The notes under the pieces were generated by a model. That model saw only the letters and a list, made by a program, of their open reading frames with translations, was not told the origin of the DNA and did not search any database. The translations under genes and the position numbers were made by a program. From a virus (Duplodnaviria; Caudoviricetes), in the IMG/VR virus record IMGVR_UViG_3300022178_003971, positions 1 through 26,846 of that record: 26,846 nt of DNA. One strand, written 5' to 3'. Below, piece after piece: positions 1-7,964 of the stretch (position 1 is the stretch's first letter; every line of letters begins with the position of its first letter).

Positions 1-663
1 GATGATGAACAACTTGAAGATCGTATCGACGAAGCTATAGCTTACTACAGAGACTATCACTTCGATGGTACTGAGCACGTATACTACAGACATCAATGTA
101 CGGCCGAAGATCAAACTAACGGCTACATAACTGTACCGGAAGGTATTATAGGTGTCACTGGATGCTTCGTAGTTGGAGGCACCTACTCAGTAAATAACCT
201 CTTCAACGTCAGATATCAAATACACCTCAACGATATGTACAATATGTTGCAATCATCTATTGTACCCTACACCATGGCAATGACCCATGTTAACATGCTT
301 GAAGAAATGTTCGTGGGTAAGCAGCCTATAAGATATAATCGCCATAACGATAGAGTACACATCGACACCAGCTGGAAAGACAAAATACCACTGGACAGCT
401 TTCTTGTATTAGATGCCTATCAAGTATTAGACCCTGATATTAGCACGGATATGTACAGCGATAGATGGCTTCTTCGTTACACTACTCAACTCTTCAAGCG
501 ACAGTGGGGTGAGAATCTTAAAAAGTTTGAAGGCCTTCAGATGCCTGGTGGTCTGACGTTCAACGGTCAGAAGATATGGGAAGAAGCTCAAGAGGCTATG
601 ATGAAGCTCGAAGATGAGATGATTTCTAGCTACAGTCTTCCTGTACACGACATGATAGGTTAG
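1..663 (+). CDS. gp13: Neck protein gp13 (5'-truncated by window edge)
   Basis: Frame 1 is open from base 1 (DDEQLEDRIDEAIAYYRDYHFDG...) into the listed 235..663 ORF. C-terminal motif KRQWGENLKKFEGLQMPGGLTFNGQKIWEEA is typical of T4-like gp13, and the gene lies directly upstream of gp14. Confidence 0.93.
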   Translation, partial: DDEQLEDRIDEAIAYYRDYHFDGTEHVYYRHQCTAEDQTNGYITVPEGIIGVTGCFVVGGTYSVNNLFNVRYQIHLNDMYNMLQSSIVPYTMAMTHVNMLEEMFVGKQPIRYNRHNDRVHIDTSWKDKIPLDSFLVLDAYQVLDPDISTDMYSDRWLLRYTTQLFKRQWGENLKKFEGLQMPGGLTFNGQKIWEEAQEAMMKLEDEMISSYSLPVHDMIG

Positions 664-664
664 C

Positions 665-1516
665 ATGGCTACTAATGCATATTTTAATAATTTCTCTTAT
701 GGAAGAGAGCAAGATCTCGTAGAGGATCTTACCATAGAGGCTATTAAAATCTATGGTCACAACGTCAAGTATCTTCCAAGGACTACAGTAAATGTAGATC
801 ATCTGTTTGGTGAGGATGCCTCGTCTAAGTTTGATGAGGCCATTGATGTTGAAATGTACATAAAGAATGTTGAAGGTTTAGAGGGTGAAGGTGATCTTCT
901 ATCTCGCTTCGGTTTAGAGATAAGAGACCAGATTACTTTTACTGTAGCTAGAAGACGCTTTGATCAAGCTATAACGTCTCCTAAGATAATTACAGAAGTT
1001 GGATACAATCTTGTATTCGAAGATGGTAGTACCAAAACCCCTTCACGTCAGTACCTGACAGGATCTAAAGATACAGATACCTTCATGCTGGAAGGCGACG
1101 ACTATCTGAACGATATCAATAGACCTCAAGAAGGGGATCTGATATACTTCCCCATGATCGACAAGCTATTTGAGATTAAGTTTGTTGAACATGAACAAAT
1201 ATTCTATCAGACTGGTCGATTACAGACCTACGATGTTAGATGCGAGTTATTCGAGTATAGCTCTGAGCGTATGGATACTGGCATTAGCGATATTGATGAT
1301 ATTGAATCTACTTACAGTCTCAATGTATTAGACCAGCAGTTCACCCTTGAGGACGGCACTGGTGTTGTTAAGCTCGAGGACAATAATACATTGCTACAAG
1401 AGTACAGAATAGAGCAAGCTGACAGATCAGCTAATAACGAATTCTTTCAAACGAATGCTGATAATATACTAGACTTCAGTGAACAGAATCCCTTTGGGGA
1501 TATCGATAGGTATTAA
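665..1516 (+). CDS. gp14: Neck/head-closure protein gp14
   Basis: Motifs EQDLVEDLTIEAIKIYG, GEGDLLSRFGLEIRDQITF, RPQEGDLIYFP, FEIKFVEHEQIFYQTG, CELFEYSSE and terminal DFSEQNPFG; synteny gp13-gp14-gp15. Confidence 0.95.
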   Translation: MATNAYFNNFSYGREQDLVEDLTIEAIKIYGHNVKYLPRTTVNVDHLFGEDASSKFDEAIDVEMYIKNVEGLEGEGDLLSRFGLEIRDQITFTVARRRFDQAITSPKIITEVGYNLVFEDGSTKTPSRQYLTGSKDTDTFMLEGDDYLNDINRPQEGDLIYFPMIDKLFEIKFVEHEQIFYQTGRLQTYDVRCELFEYSSERMDTGISDIDDIESTYSLNVLDQQFTLEDGTGVVKLEDNNTLLQEYRIEQADRSANNEFFQTNADNILDFSEQNPFGDIDRY

Positions 1517-1518
1517 GT

Positions 1519-2319
1519 ATGTTTGGAAATAGTTTTTATCACGGAACCCTTCGCAAGTACGTTATTGTATTTGGCAATATGTTCAATGGTATATATCTAC
1601 AAAGATTGAATCAAAGTGACACTGTTGTTCAGACACTCAAGGTACCTATTGCCTACGGTCCAAAAGAAAAATTCTTAGTACGACTAGCTCAAGATCCAAA
1701 CTTAGATCAGGATGTTGCAATATCTCTACCAAGAATTGGATTTGAGATGATGGGAATATCTTACGCAGCAAATAGAAAGCTAGCATCTACTCAGCAAAAT
1801 GTAAGCGTAAGCTCTACAGATACAGGTGCACTCAGTACTCAATATATACCTGTACCGTATGATATTCAGTTTCGCTTGAGTATATTTGTAAAGAACGCTG
1901 ACGATGGTACTCAGATACTTGAGCAAATACTTCCTTACTTTCAGCCCGAATGGACAAACAACATCAAGCTGATACCTGGAATGGATTTGACATATGACGT
2001 TCCATGTATACTTACAGACGTAAGCGTCCAAGATGCGTACGAGGGAGATTTCTCCACAAGACGTACTCTAATGTGGGACCTCAACTTTACTATGAAGGGA
2101 TATGTATTTGGTCCTACTTCTACAAGTGGAATTATAAAGAGAGCATTGATTGATGCTCATACTGACTTGCCTCGCTCTAGTCCTTCAGAAAGGATTACAG
2201 TAGAGCCTGGTCTAACATCTACTGGCCTTCCAACATCTAACTCGGCCTTGTCCGTACCAGTGCAGGAAATAAGCGCTGATGATGATTATGGATTTGCCAC
2301 TAACATAACTGACATATAA
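1519..2319 (+). CDS. gp15: Tail sheath stabiliser / tail terminator gp15
   Basis: Motifs FYHGTLRKYVIVFGNMFN, KVPIAYGPKEKFL, SLPRIGFEM, QILEQILPYFQP, LNFTMKGYVFGP; synteny. Confidence 0.95.
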   Translation: MFGNSFYHGTLRKYVIVFGNMFNGIYLQRLNQSDTVVQTLKVPIAYGPKEKFLVRLAQDPNLDQDVAISLPRIGFEMMGISYAANRKLASTQQNVSVSSTDTGALSTQYIPVPYDIQFRLSIFVKNADDGTQILEQILPYFQPEWTNNIKLIPGMDLTYDVPCILTDVSVQDAYEGDFSTRRTLMWDLNFTMKGYVFGPTSTSGIIKRALIDAHTDLPRSSPSERITVEPGLTSTGLPTSNSALSVPVQEISADDDYGFATNITDI

Positions 2320-2320
2320 T

Positions 2321-2746
2321 ATGAAAAAGACGCGCATGGAAGAAAGTTTCGAAGATATATTCAACCTCCCTCAATCTGAGATTGTGGAAGAAGATACGCC
2401 TTCAGAGCTTGTAGAACCCGCTCTGCCGTCTGTTAGCAGCGACATCGATAGTGACTACCGGTATGCAAGAGAAAACCTATACAACGTAATTGAAAGGGGA
2501 TCTGATGCATTGAATACTCTTGTCGAGCTTGCTAATCAAAGCGAGTCTCCAAGAGCGTTCGAAGTTGTTGGTACGCTAATCAAAACATTGACTGATGCTA
2601 ACAAAGATCTCCTCGAAGTTCAAAAGAAAGTCAAATCATTAAAAGAAGAATCTGCTAAAGGACCGACCAACGTCACCAACGCTCTCTTTGTAGGAAACAC
2701 TGCTGAGTTACAACAATTGATTAAGGACAACAGTAAAAATGTATGA
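2321..2746 (+). CDS. gp16: Terminase small subunit gp16
   Basis: DYRYARENLYNVIERG, SESPRAFEV and NVTNALFVGNTAELQQLIK are characteristic of T4-like gp16. Confidence 0.93.
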   Translation: MKKTRMEESFEDIFNLPQSEIVEEDTPSELVEPALPSVSSDIDSDYRYARENLYNVIERGSDALNTLVELANQSESPRAFEVVGTLIKTLTDANKDLLEVQKKVKSLKEESAKGPTNVTNALFVGNTAELQQLIKDNSKNV

Positions 2747-3164
2747 ATATAGAGCGAATATAAATAGAGTAGTGGACGGTGATACTGTGGACGTCGACAT
2801 CGACCTTGGGTTCGGTGTATGGATGAAAGATGAGAGAGTTCGGCTTGCTGGCATCGATACCCCAGAAAGCAGGACTCGCGACAAGGTTGAGAAGAAGTTT
2901 GGCCTAGCGTCTAAAAAAAGACTAAAAGAGCTCCTCGGTAAACAAGCTATTCTTAAAACTCAAATAGATCGAAACGGCGAAGATGCTAAGGGAAAGTTTG
3001 GTAGGATACTAGGAGACTTTCTTATTGATGGCGGTAGCGTATGCCAGCAAATGATTGATGAAGGACAAGCTGTAGCATATCATGGTCAGAACAAAGAGGA
3101 TGTTCAAGCGGAACACTTGGACAATAGAGAACGATTGATCAGTGAAGGCAAAGTAAGTATCTAA
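2739..3164 (+). CDS. Thermonuclease (staphylococcal nuclease-like) protein
   Basis: SNase catalytic motifs VVDGDTV, RLAGIDTPESR and KFGRILG; no signal peptide; start overlaps the end of gp16 by 8 nt. Confidence 0.88.
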   Translation: MYEYRANINRVVDGDTVDVDIDLGFGVWMKDERVRLAGIDTPESRTRDKVEKKFGLASKKRLKELLGKQAILKTQIDRNGEDAKGKFGRILGDFLIDGGSVCQQMIDEGQAVAYHGQNKEDVQAEHLDNRERLISEGKVSI

Positions 3165-3188
3165 TGTCCCTTTGGGGGCAACACCGTA

Positions 3189-3217
3189 AGTATACAAGTG
3201 ATTAGGGGCAAGGTCAA
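3189..3217 (-). promoter_or_regulatory. Putative antisense sigma70-type promoter (TTGACC-N17-TATACT)
   Basis: Reverse complement of 3212-3217 is TTGACC and of 3189-3194 is TATACT, with a 17-nt spacer, in the 58-nt gap between the nuclease and gp17. Confidence 0.6.
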
Positions 3218-3222
3218 CGTAA

Positions 3223-4860
3223 ATGCCTGATATATATCTCGGAAATAAGAATTTAAAGTCTGCCGGCGTACCAATTGAGTTTACTCAAGAGCAAGTTTTA
3301 GAGTATGTCAAGGTAGCGCGCGATTCTGAGTATTTTGTAAACGAGTATGTAAAAATTGTTAGTGTGGATGAAGGTCTTATTCCTTTCGGCACGTGGGACT
3401 TCCAAAATGAGATGCTTGATGTATTCGAAGCTAATCGTTTCTCTCTATGCAAACTACCAAGACAGGTAGGTAAGACCACAACGGTTGGAGCCTATCTTCT
3501 TTGGAAGATATTGTTTACTGACCAGTATAGTATTGCTGTCCTTGCCAACAAAAGATCCCAAGCAATAGAAATCCTTGGTAGAATACAATTGATGTATGAG
3601 CATCTGCCTAAATGGATGCAGCAAGGTATTTTGGAATGGAACAAAGGTAGTATAAAGTTAGAAAATGGTTCAGAAATTATAGCATCGTCCACGTCTTCAA
3701 GTGCTATTCGTGGTACATCCCAGAATCTCATCTACCTTGATGAGTTTGCATTCGTACCCAACAATATACAGGAAGAGTTTTTTACCTCTGTATTCCCTAC
3801 AATTTCATCTGGTAAGTCTTCGAAGGTTATTATAACCTCTACACCAAATGGAATGAATATGTTCTACAAGCTGTGGGTCGACAGCGAGGAAAATAGAAAC
3901 GATTACGAGCGTGTCGAGATACATTGGTCCGATGTTCCGGGTCGAGATGAAGAGTGGCGTGAAGAGACCATACGAGCAACATCAGAAGAACAATTCCGCC
4001 AAGAGTTTGAGTGTGAGTTCTTAGGAAGTACTAATACCCTGATCCATGCTACCAAGCTAAGAGCCCTGACATTCCGAACGCCTTTATACGAGAAGAATAA
4101 CTTTAAATGTTACCACGAGCCAGAGCCAGATAGAAGTTACGTAATAGTAGTTGATACATCACGAGGATTAGGATTAGACTACTCAGCCTTTATTGTATTC
4201 GACATAACAGAATATCCTTATAGAGGCGTGGGCAAGTACAGAAGCAAAGACATATCCCCTCTACTTTATCCAGATGTTATATACAATGCTGCTAGAAAGT
4301 ACAACGACGCATTTGTTCTTGTCGAAATAAACGACATTGGAGAGCAAGTAGCTAATATATTATATAACGATTTTGAGTATGAAAACATATTTAGAACCTC
4401 GCAGAAAGGGGGGATCCAATATATAACATCAGGCTTTAGCGGAGGCCGAGCCCAATTAGGAGTAAGAACGTCTAAAACCGTAAAAAGAATAGGATGTTCA
4501 GTATTAAAAGATGTAGTAGAACAAGACAAACTTATATTTGAAGACTACGAATATGTCAACGAACTATGCAACTTCGTACAAGTTAAGGAAAGTTTTCAAG
4601 CAGAACAAGGCTTCCATGATGATATTGTGATGTGCACAGTCCTATTCTCCTGGCTAATACGACAGGATTATTTTAAAGACTTGACCAATAAAGATTTGAG
4701 AAAAAAACTATACGCTGATAATCAACAAATGATAGAGGACGACGTTCTTCCTTTTGGATTCATTGATGATGGCAGCGGAGATGATGGTATAATTGATATT
4801 GATGTAGATAGACTAGGATGGTCGTTACCTTCTAGCGACACTATATCTGATAAGTGGTAA
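3223..4860 (+). CDS. gp17: Terminase large subunit gp17
   Basis: Walker A LPRQVGKTT, Walker B LIYLDEFAF, motif III ITSTPNG, FRQEFECEFLGS, nuclease motifs VDTSRG..DYSA and HDDIVM; uninterrupted ORF. Confidence 0.98.
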   Translation: MPDIYLGNKNLKSAGVPIEFTQEQVLEYVKVARDSEYFVNEYVKIVSVDEGLIPFGTWDFQNEMLDVFEANRFSLCKLPRQVGKTTTVGAYLLWKILFTDQYSIAVLANKRSQAIEILGRIQLMYEHLPKWMQQGILEWNKGSIKLENGSEIIASSTSSSAIRGTSQNLIYLDEFAFVPNNIQEEFFTSVFPTISSGKSSKVIITSTPNGMNMFYKLWVDSEENRNDYERVEIHWSDVPGRDEEWREETIRATSEEQFRQEFECEFLGSTNTLIHATKLRALTFRTPLYEKNNFKCYHEPEPDRSYVIVVDTSRGLGLDYSAFIVFDITEYPYRGVGKYRSKDISPLLYPDVIYNAARKYNDAFVLVEINDIGEQVANILYNDFEYENIFRTSQKGGIQYITSGFSGGRAQLGVRTSKTVKRIGCSVLKDVVEQDKLIFEDYEYVNELCNFVQVKESFQAEQGFHDDIVMCTVLFSWLIRQDYFKDLTNKDLRKKLYADNQQMIEDDVLPFGFIDDGSGDDGIIDIDVDRLGWSLPSSDTISDKW

Positions 4861-4880
4861 TATGGTGAAATTTAATGTAT

Positions 4881-4888
4881 TATAAATA
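4881..4888 (+). promoter_or_regulatory. T4-type late promoter (TATAAATA) for gp18
   Basis: Exact gp55-type consensus in the intergenic gap; SD TAAGGAG at 4931-4937. Confidence 0.85.
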
Positions 4889-4945
4889 AATGGAATGCAC
4901 AACAACAAAATAAAAAAGAATACCCTCAATTAAGGAGAGACACAA

Positions 4946-6862
4946 ATGCCATTCCAAGTATCACCCGGAGTCAATGTTAGCGAACTTGATCAAACTACTG
5001 TTGTTCCCGCCGTATCGACTACCGAAGGCGGTATTGCCGGTCATTTTCGTTGGGGCCCAGTTGAACAGCTAACTCTAATTACCTCAGAAGATAAGCTAGT
5101 TGGTCAATTTCAAAAGCCGACAACAACAGTATACAACGATTTCTTTACCGCTGCGAACTTTCTATCCTACGGTAATGCATTGTACGTCGTTCGTGCATCA
5201 GGCACAGGTCAAGCCAATGCTACGCAGAATGCTGGTAACACCGTTATTACTCTTGTAAAGAGTTCAGAAGATTACGAGAACAACTATTCATCAGGTATTG
5301 CTACCGTTGGTGATTTTGTTGCTCGATATCCTGGCGAGCTAGGCAACTCTTTGAAGACATCTGTATGTGCGTCTGCAGCTGCTTTTAAATCAACGCTTAC
5401 TGGAACATATACAATAACAGCTAATACAACTTCTATTGCCTTTTCTGCTAACCAAGCTAGTACGCTGGTAGCTGGAGATTTATTAGAAGTAGGAGCCACA
5501 CTTGGCGCCAAGCAAACAATTAGAGTATCGTCAGTTGATGCTGGAGGACTCTCAGCTGTACTCGAAAAGGCCTATACAGGAGATTCAGTAGCAGCCAATA
5601 CTGCTATTGTACGTAAGTGGGAATACTCCACTGTAACAGATAGAGCTCCTGGCACATCTGCCTATGCTACACAAAGAGGCGGATCAGCAGACGGTATGCA
5701 CGTTGTTGTATCAGACGAAGATGGATTGTGGACTGGAGTGAAAGGGCAAGTTCTTGAAGTGTTCCAGAATGTTTCCTTAGCCTCAGATGCAAAAACAGAA
5801 ACAGGTGCAACCAACTACTACAAAGATGTAGTCAACAACAGATCTCGATATGTATGGTGGGCTGCACATAACAGTGGTAATACAAATGCAGGTAGTGCAG
5901 CGCAGGGTGTAACCTTTGCTGGCGGCACAACTCCTCAGACAGCATCGTTTGTAAATGGTGCGGACGGAAGTGCTCCTACAGCTGGTCAAACAATTGACGG
6001 ATACCGTAAGTTCAGAAATTCAGAAGACGTAGATATTTCTTTCCTTCTTGCAGCTGGAAATGGTCAGACTGTTGTAACAGACATGATTACCAACATTGCT
6101 GATGTTCGTAAAGATATATTAGTTTGTTTATCTCCAACTAGCACCACTGTTGTAGACAATGCTTCATACGATGGCAAGCAAGTAGCTGATGTTGTAGCGT
6201 ACAGAGATACTCTTCCTTCATCTTCATACGCTGTAATGGATAGTGCATGGAAATATCAGTACGATAAGTACAACGATGTTTATCGCTACGTTCCTGCAAA
6301 TGGAGACACAGCTGGTACTATGGTAAGAACTGATAGTGCAAGAGACCCATGGTTCTCACCTGCAGGCTTCAGTCGCGGCCAGATCAAAAATGCTGTCAAG
6401 CTGGCATGGAATCCTACAAAGGCAGAAAGAGACTCCTTGTATCAAAACGGTGTTAACCCAATAGTCACCTTCCCTGGCCAAGGCACTGTCCTGTATGGAG
6501 ATAAGACATTAACATCTGAGTCAAGTGCGTTTGATAGAATCAACGTGCGTCGACTATTCATTGTTCTTGAAAAAGCAATATCGATAGCTGCTAACTCAAC
6601 GTTATTTGAAATCAATGATGACTTTACAAGAGCTCAATTTAAGAATCTTGTAGAACCATTCCTGAGAGACGTTAAAGGCCGCCGTGGTATCACAGACTTC
6701 CAAGTCGTTTGTGATGGTACTAATAATACTGGTCAGATCATCGAGTCTAATCAGTTTGTCGGAGACATTTATGTCAAGCCTTCAAGGTCAATCAACTTCA
6801 TCCAGCTGAATTTTGTAGCGGTGAGAACTGGCGTTGAATTCTCTGAAATAACCGGTCAATAA
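4946..6862 (+). CDS. gp18: Tail sheath protein gp18
   Basis: MPFQVSPGVNVSELD, FRWGPV, YKYQYDKYND-like WKYQYDKYND, PWFSPAG, LYGDKT, SAFDRINVRRLF and KPSRSINFIQLNFVA. Confidence 0.98.
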   Translation: MPFQVSPGVNVSELDQTTVVPAVSTTEGGIAGHFRWGPVEQLTLITSEDKLVGQFQKPTTTVYNDFFTAANFLSYGNALYVVRASGTGQANATQNAGNTVITLVKSSEDYENNYSSGIATVGDFVARYPGELGNSLKTSVCASAAAFKSTLTGTYTITANTTSIAFSANQASTLVAGDLLEVGATLGAKQTIRVSSVDAGGLSAVLEKAYTGDSVAANTAIVRKWEYSTVTDRAPGTSAYATQRGGSADGMHVVVSDEDGLWTGVKGQVLEVFQNVSLASDAKTETGATNYYKDVVNNRSRYVWWAAHNSGNTNAGSAAQGVTFAGGTTPQTASFVNGADGSAPTAGQTIDGYRKFRNSEDVDISFLLAAGNGQTVVTDMITNIADVRKDILVCLSPTSTTVVDNASYDGKQVADVVAYRDTLPSSSYAVMDSAWKYQYDKYNDVYRYVPANGDTAGTMVRTDSARDPWFSPAGFSRGQIKNAVKLAWNPTKAERDSLYQNGVNPIVTFPGQGTVLYGDKTLTSESSAFDRINVRRLFIVLEKAISIAANSTLFEINDDFTRAQFKNLVEPFLRDVKGRRGITDFQVVCDGTNNTGQIIESNQFVGDIYVKPSRSINFIQLNFVAVRTGVEFSEITGQ

Positions 6863-6864
6863 AA

Positions 6865-6872
6865 TATAAATA
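6865..6872 (+). promoter_or_regulatory. T4-type late promoter (TATAAATA) for gp19
   Basis: Exact consensus between the gp18 stop and the gp19 SD (AGGAG). Confidence 0.8.
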
Positions 6873-6900
6873 TAACTAATAGGTTTACAGGAGAAAACAA

Positions 6901-7446
6901 ATGGCTTTTAATATAAGCGACTTTCGAGGTCAGTTAGAATTTGGAGGGGCTCGTCCCTCCTTGTTCGAGGTGCAAATCTTTAACCCAGCAAATAATACTG
7001 GCGATTTGAAAACACCTTTCCTTGTTCGTGCGGCTCAGCTTCCTGGCTCTACAGTTGGAACAATTCCAGTTTCATACTTCGGTCGACAAATTAAGCTCGC
7101 TGGTAATAGAACATTCGGTGATTGGACAGTTACAATAATCAATGATGAAGACTTTTTGGTCCGTAATGCACTTGAAGAGTGGAACAACCAACTGAACACT
7201 AGAGAAGGCAATGTCCGAACTTCTGGTGATAATCCGTCTTCTTACAAGTCAACAGCCCTCGTCAAGCAATTTGGAAAAGACGGAACTGTTATTCGCGTAT
7301 ACGAGTTTGATGGAATTTGGTGTTCAGACATAGCCCCGATTGATCTTAACTGGGACGGCGAAGGAATTCAAGAGTTCAGCACAACATTCCAATACGATTA
7401 CTGGCGTGTACAGGGTGGAACGACCGGCGATGCTGGCGGTCAATAA
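6901..7446 (+). CDS. gp19: Tail tube protein gp19
   Basis: GGARPSLFEV, GRQIKLAGNRTFGDWTVTIINDEDF and EFSTTFQYDYW; follows the sheath gene. Confidence 0.97.
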   Translation: MAFNISDFRGQLEFGGARPSLFEVQIFNPANNTGDLKTPFLVRAAQLPGSTVGTIPVSYFGRQIKLAGNRTFGDWTVTIINDEDFLVRNALEEWNNQLNTREGNVRTSGDNPSSYKSTALVKQFGKDGTVIRVYEFDGIWCSDIAPIDLNWDGEGIQEFSTTFQYDYWRVQGGTTGDAGGQ

Positions 7447-7471
7447 TATTATATAAAATTGGAGCATATAG

Positions 7472-7879
7472 ATGTCTAACGTACTGTACCCTAAAGCCAA
7501 AGAAGACTTTCTTGCTGGCAACCTAAATCTATCGAGCAACACAGTTACAATTGCGTTGGTCGATACTGGTGTCTACACATTCAGCAGTGCTCATGAAGAT
7601 CGAGCAGATATACCTAACAGTGCAGTAATTTCGACATCGACACTTGCAAGCACCTCCATAACAGGAGGTGTCTTCGATGCTGACGATGCAAACTTTACTT
7701 CTGTGACCGGCGCTAACTGTGAAGCGCTAGTTATATATCATACTGATTCACAAGGCGGAAACGCAACATCGAGACTTATTGCTTTTATAGATACAGCAGC
7801 AGGTCTACCTATCCTTCCCAACGGCGGTGACATCACAGTTCGCTTCTCTACTGGTGCTGACAAAATATTTGCACTCTAA
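7472..7879 (+). CDS. Small beta-rich putative virion protein (minor tail / tail-fibre-associated type)
   Basis: GGAG SD upstream. Motifs LYPKAKEDFL, GVFDADD and PNGGDITV resemble small phage tail-associated proteins (recognition from memory, unverified). Confidence 0.6.
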   Translation: MSNVLYPKAKEDFLAGNLNLSSNTVTIALVDTGVYTFSSAHEDRADIPNSAVISTSTLASTSITGGVFDADDANFTSVTGANCEALVIYHTDSQGGNATSRLIAFIDTAAGLPILPNGGDITVRFSTGADKIFAL

Positions 7880-7911
7880 TACCCCTGCCCTTTAATATGT
7901 AATAACACAGG

Positions 7912-7952
7912 TAAAAAAGGGGTGCTAAATATAGGCAGCACCCCCTTTTTTA
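7912..7952. terminator. Inverted repeat flanked by A6/T6 (possible bidirectional intrinsic terminator) with a late-promoter-like GCTAAATA in the loop
   Basis: TAAAAAAGGGGTGCT (7912-7926) pairs with AGCACCCCCTTTTTTA (7937-7952) with one bulged C; loop AAATATAGGC. Confidence 0.7.
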
Positions 7953-7964
7953 TTGAGGTTGAAT

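Noticed and set aside
4932-4942. AAGGAGAGACA shared by the gp18 and gp23 leaders
   Set aside because: Largely explained by the Shine-Dalgarno sequence plus an A-rich spacer.
7953-7964. Longer ORF-track starts for gp20 (7953), and likewise for 19796 and uvsY (24893)
   Set aside because: Downstream ATGs (7965, 19832, 24905) fit family N-termini better, and for the first two also SD spacing.
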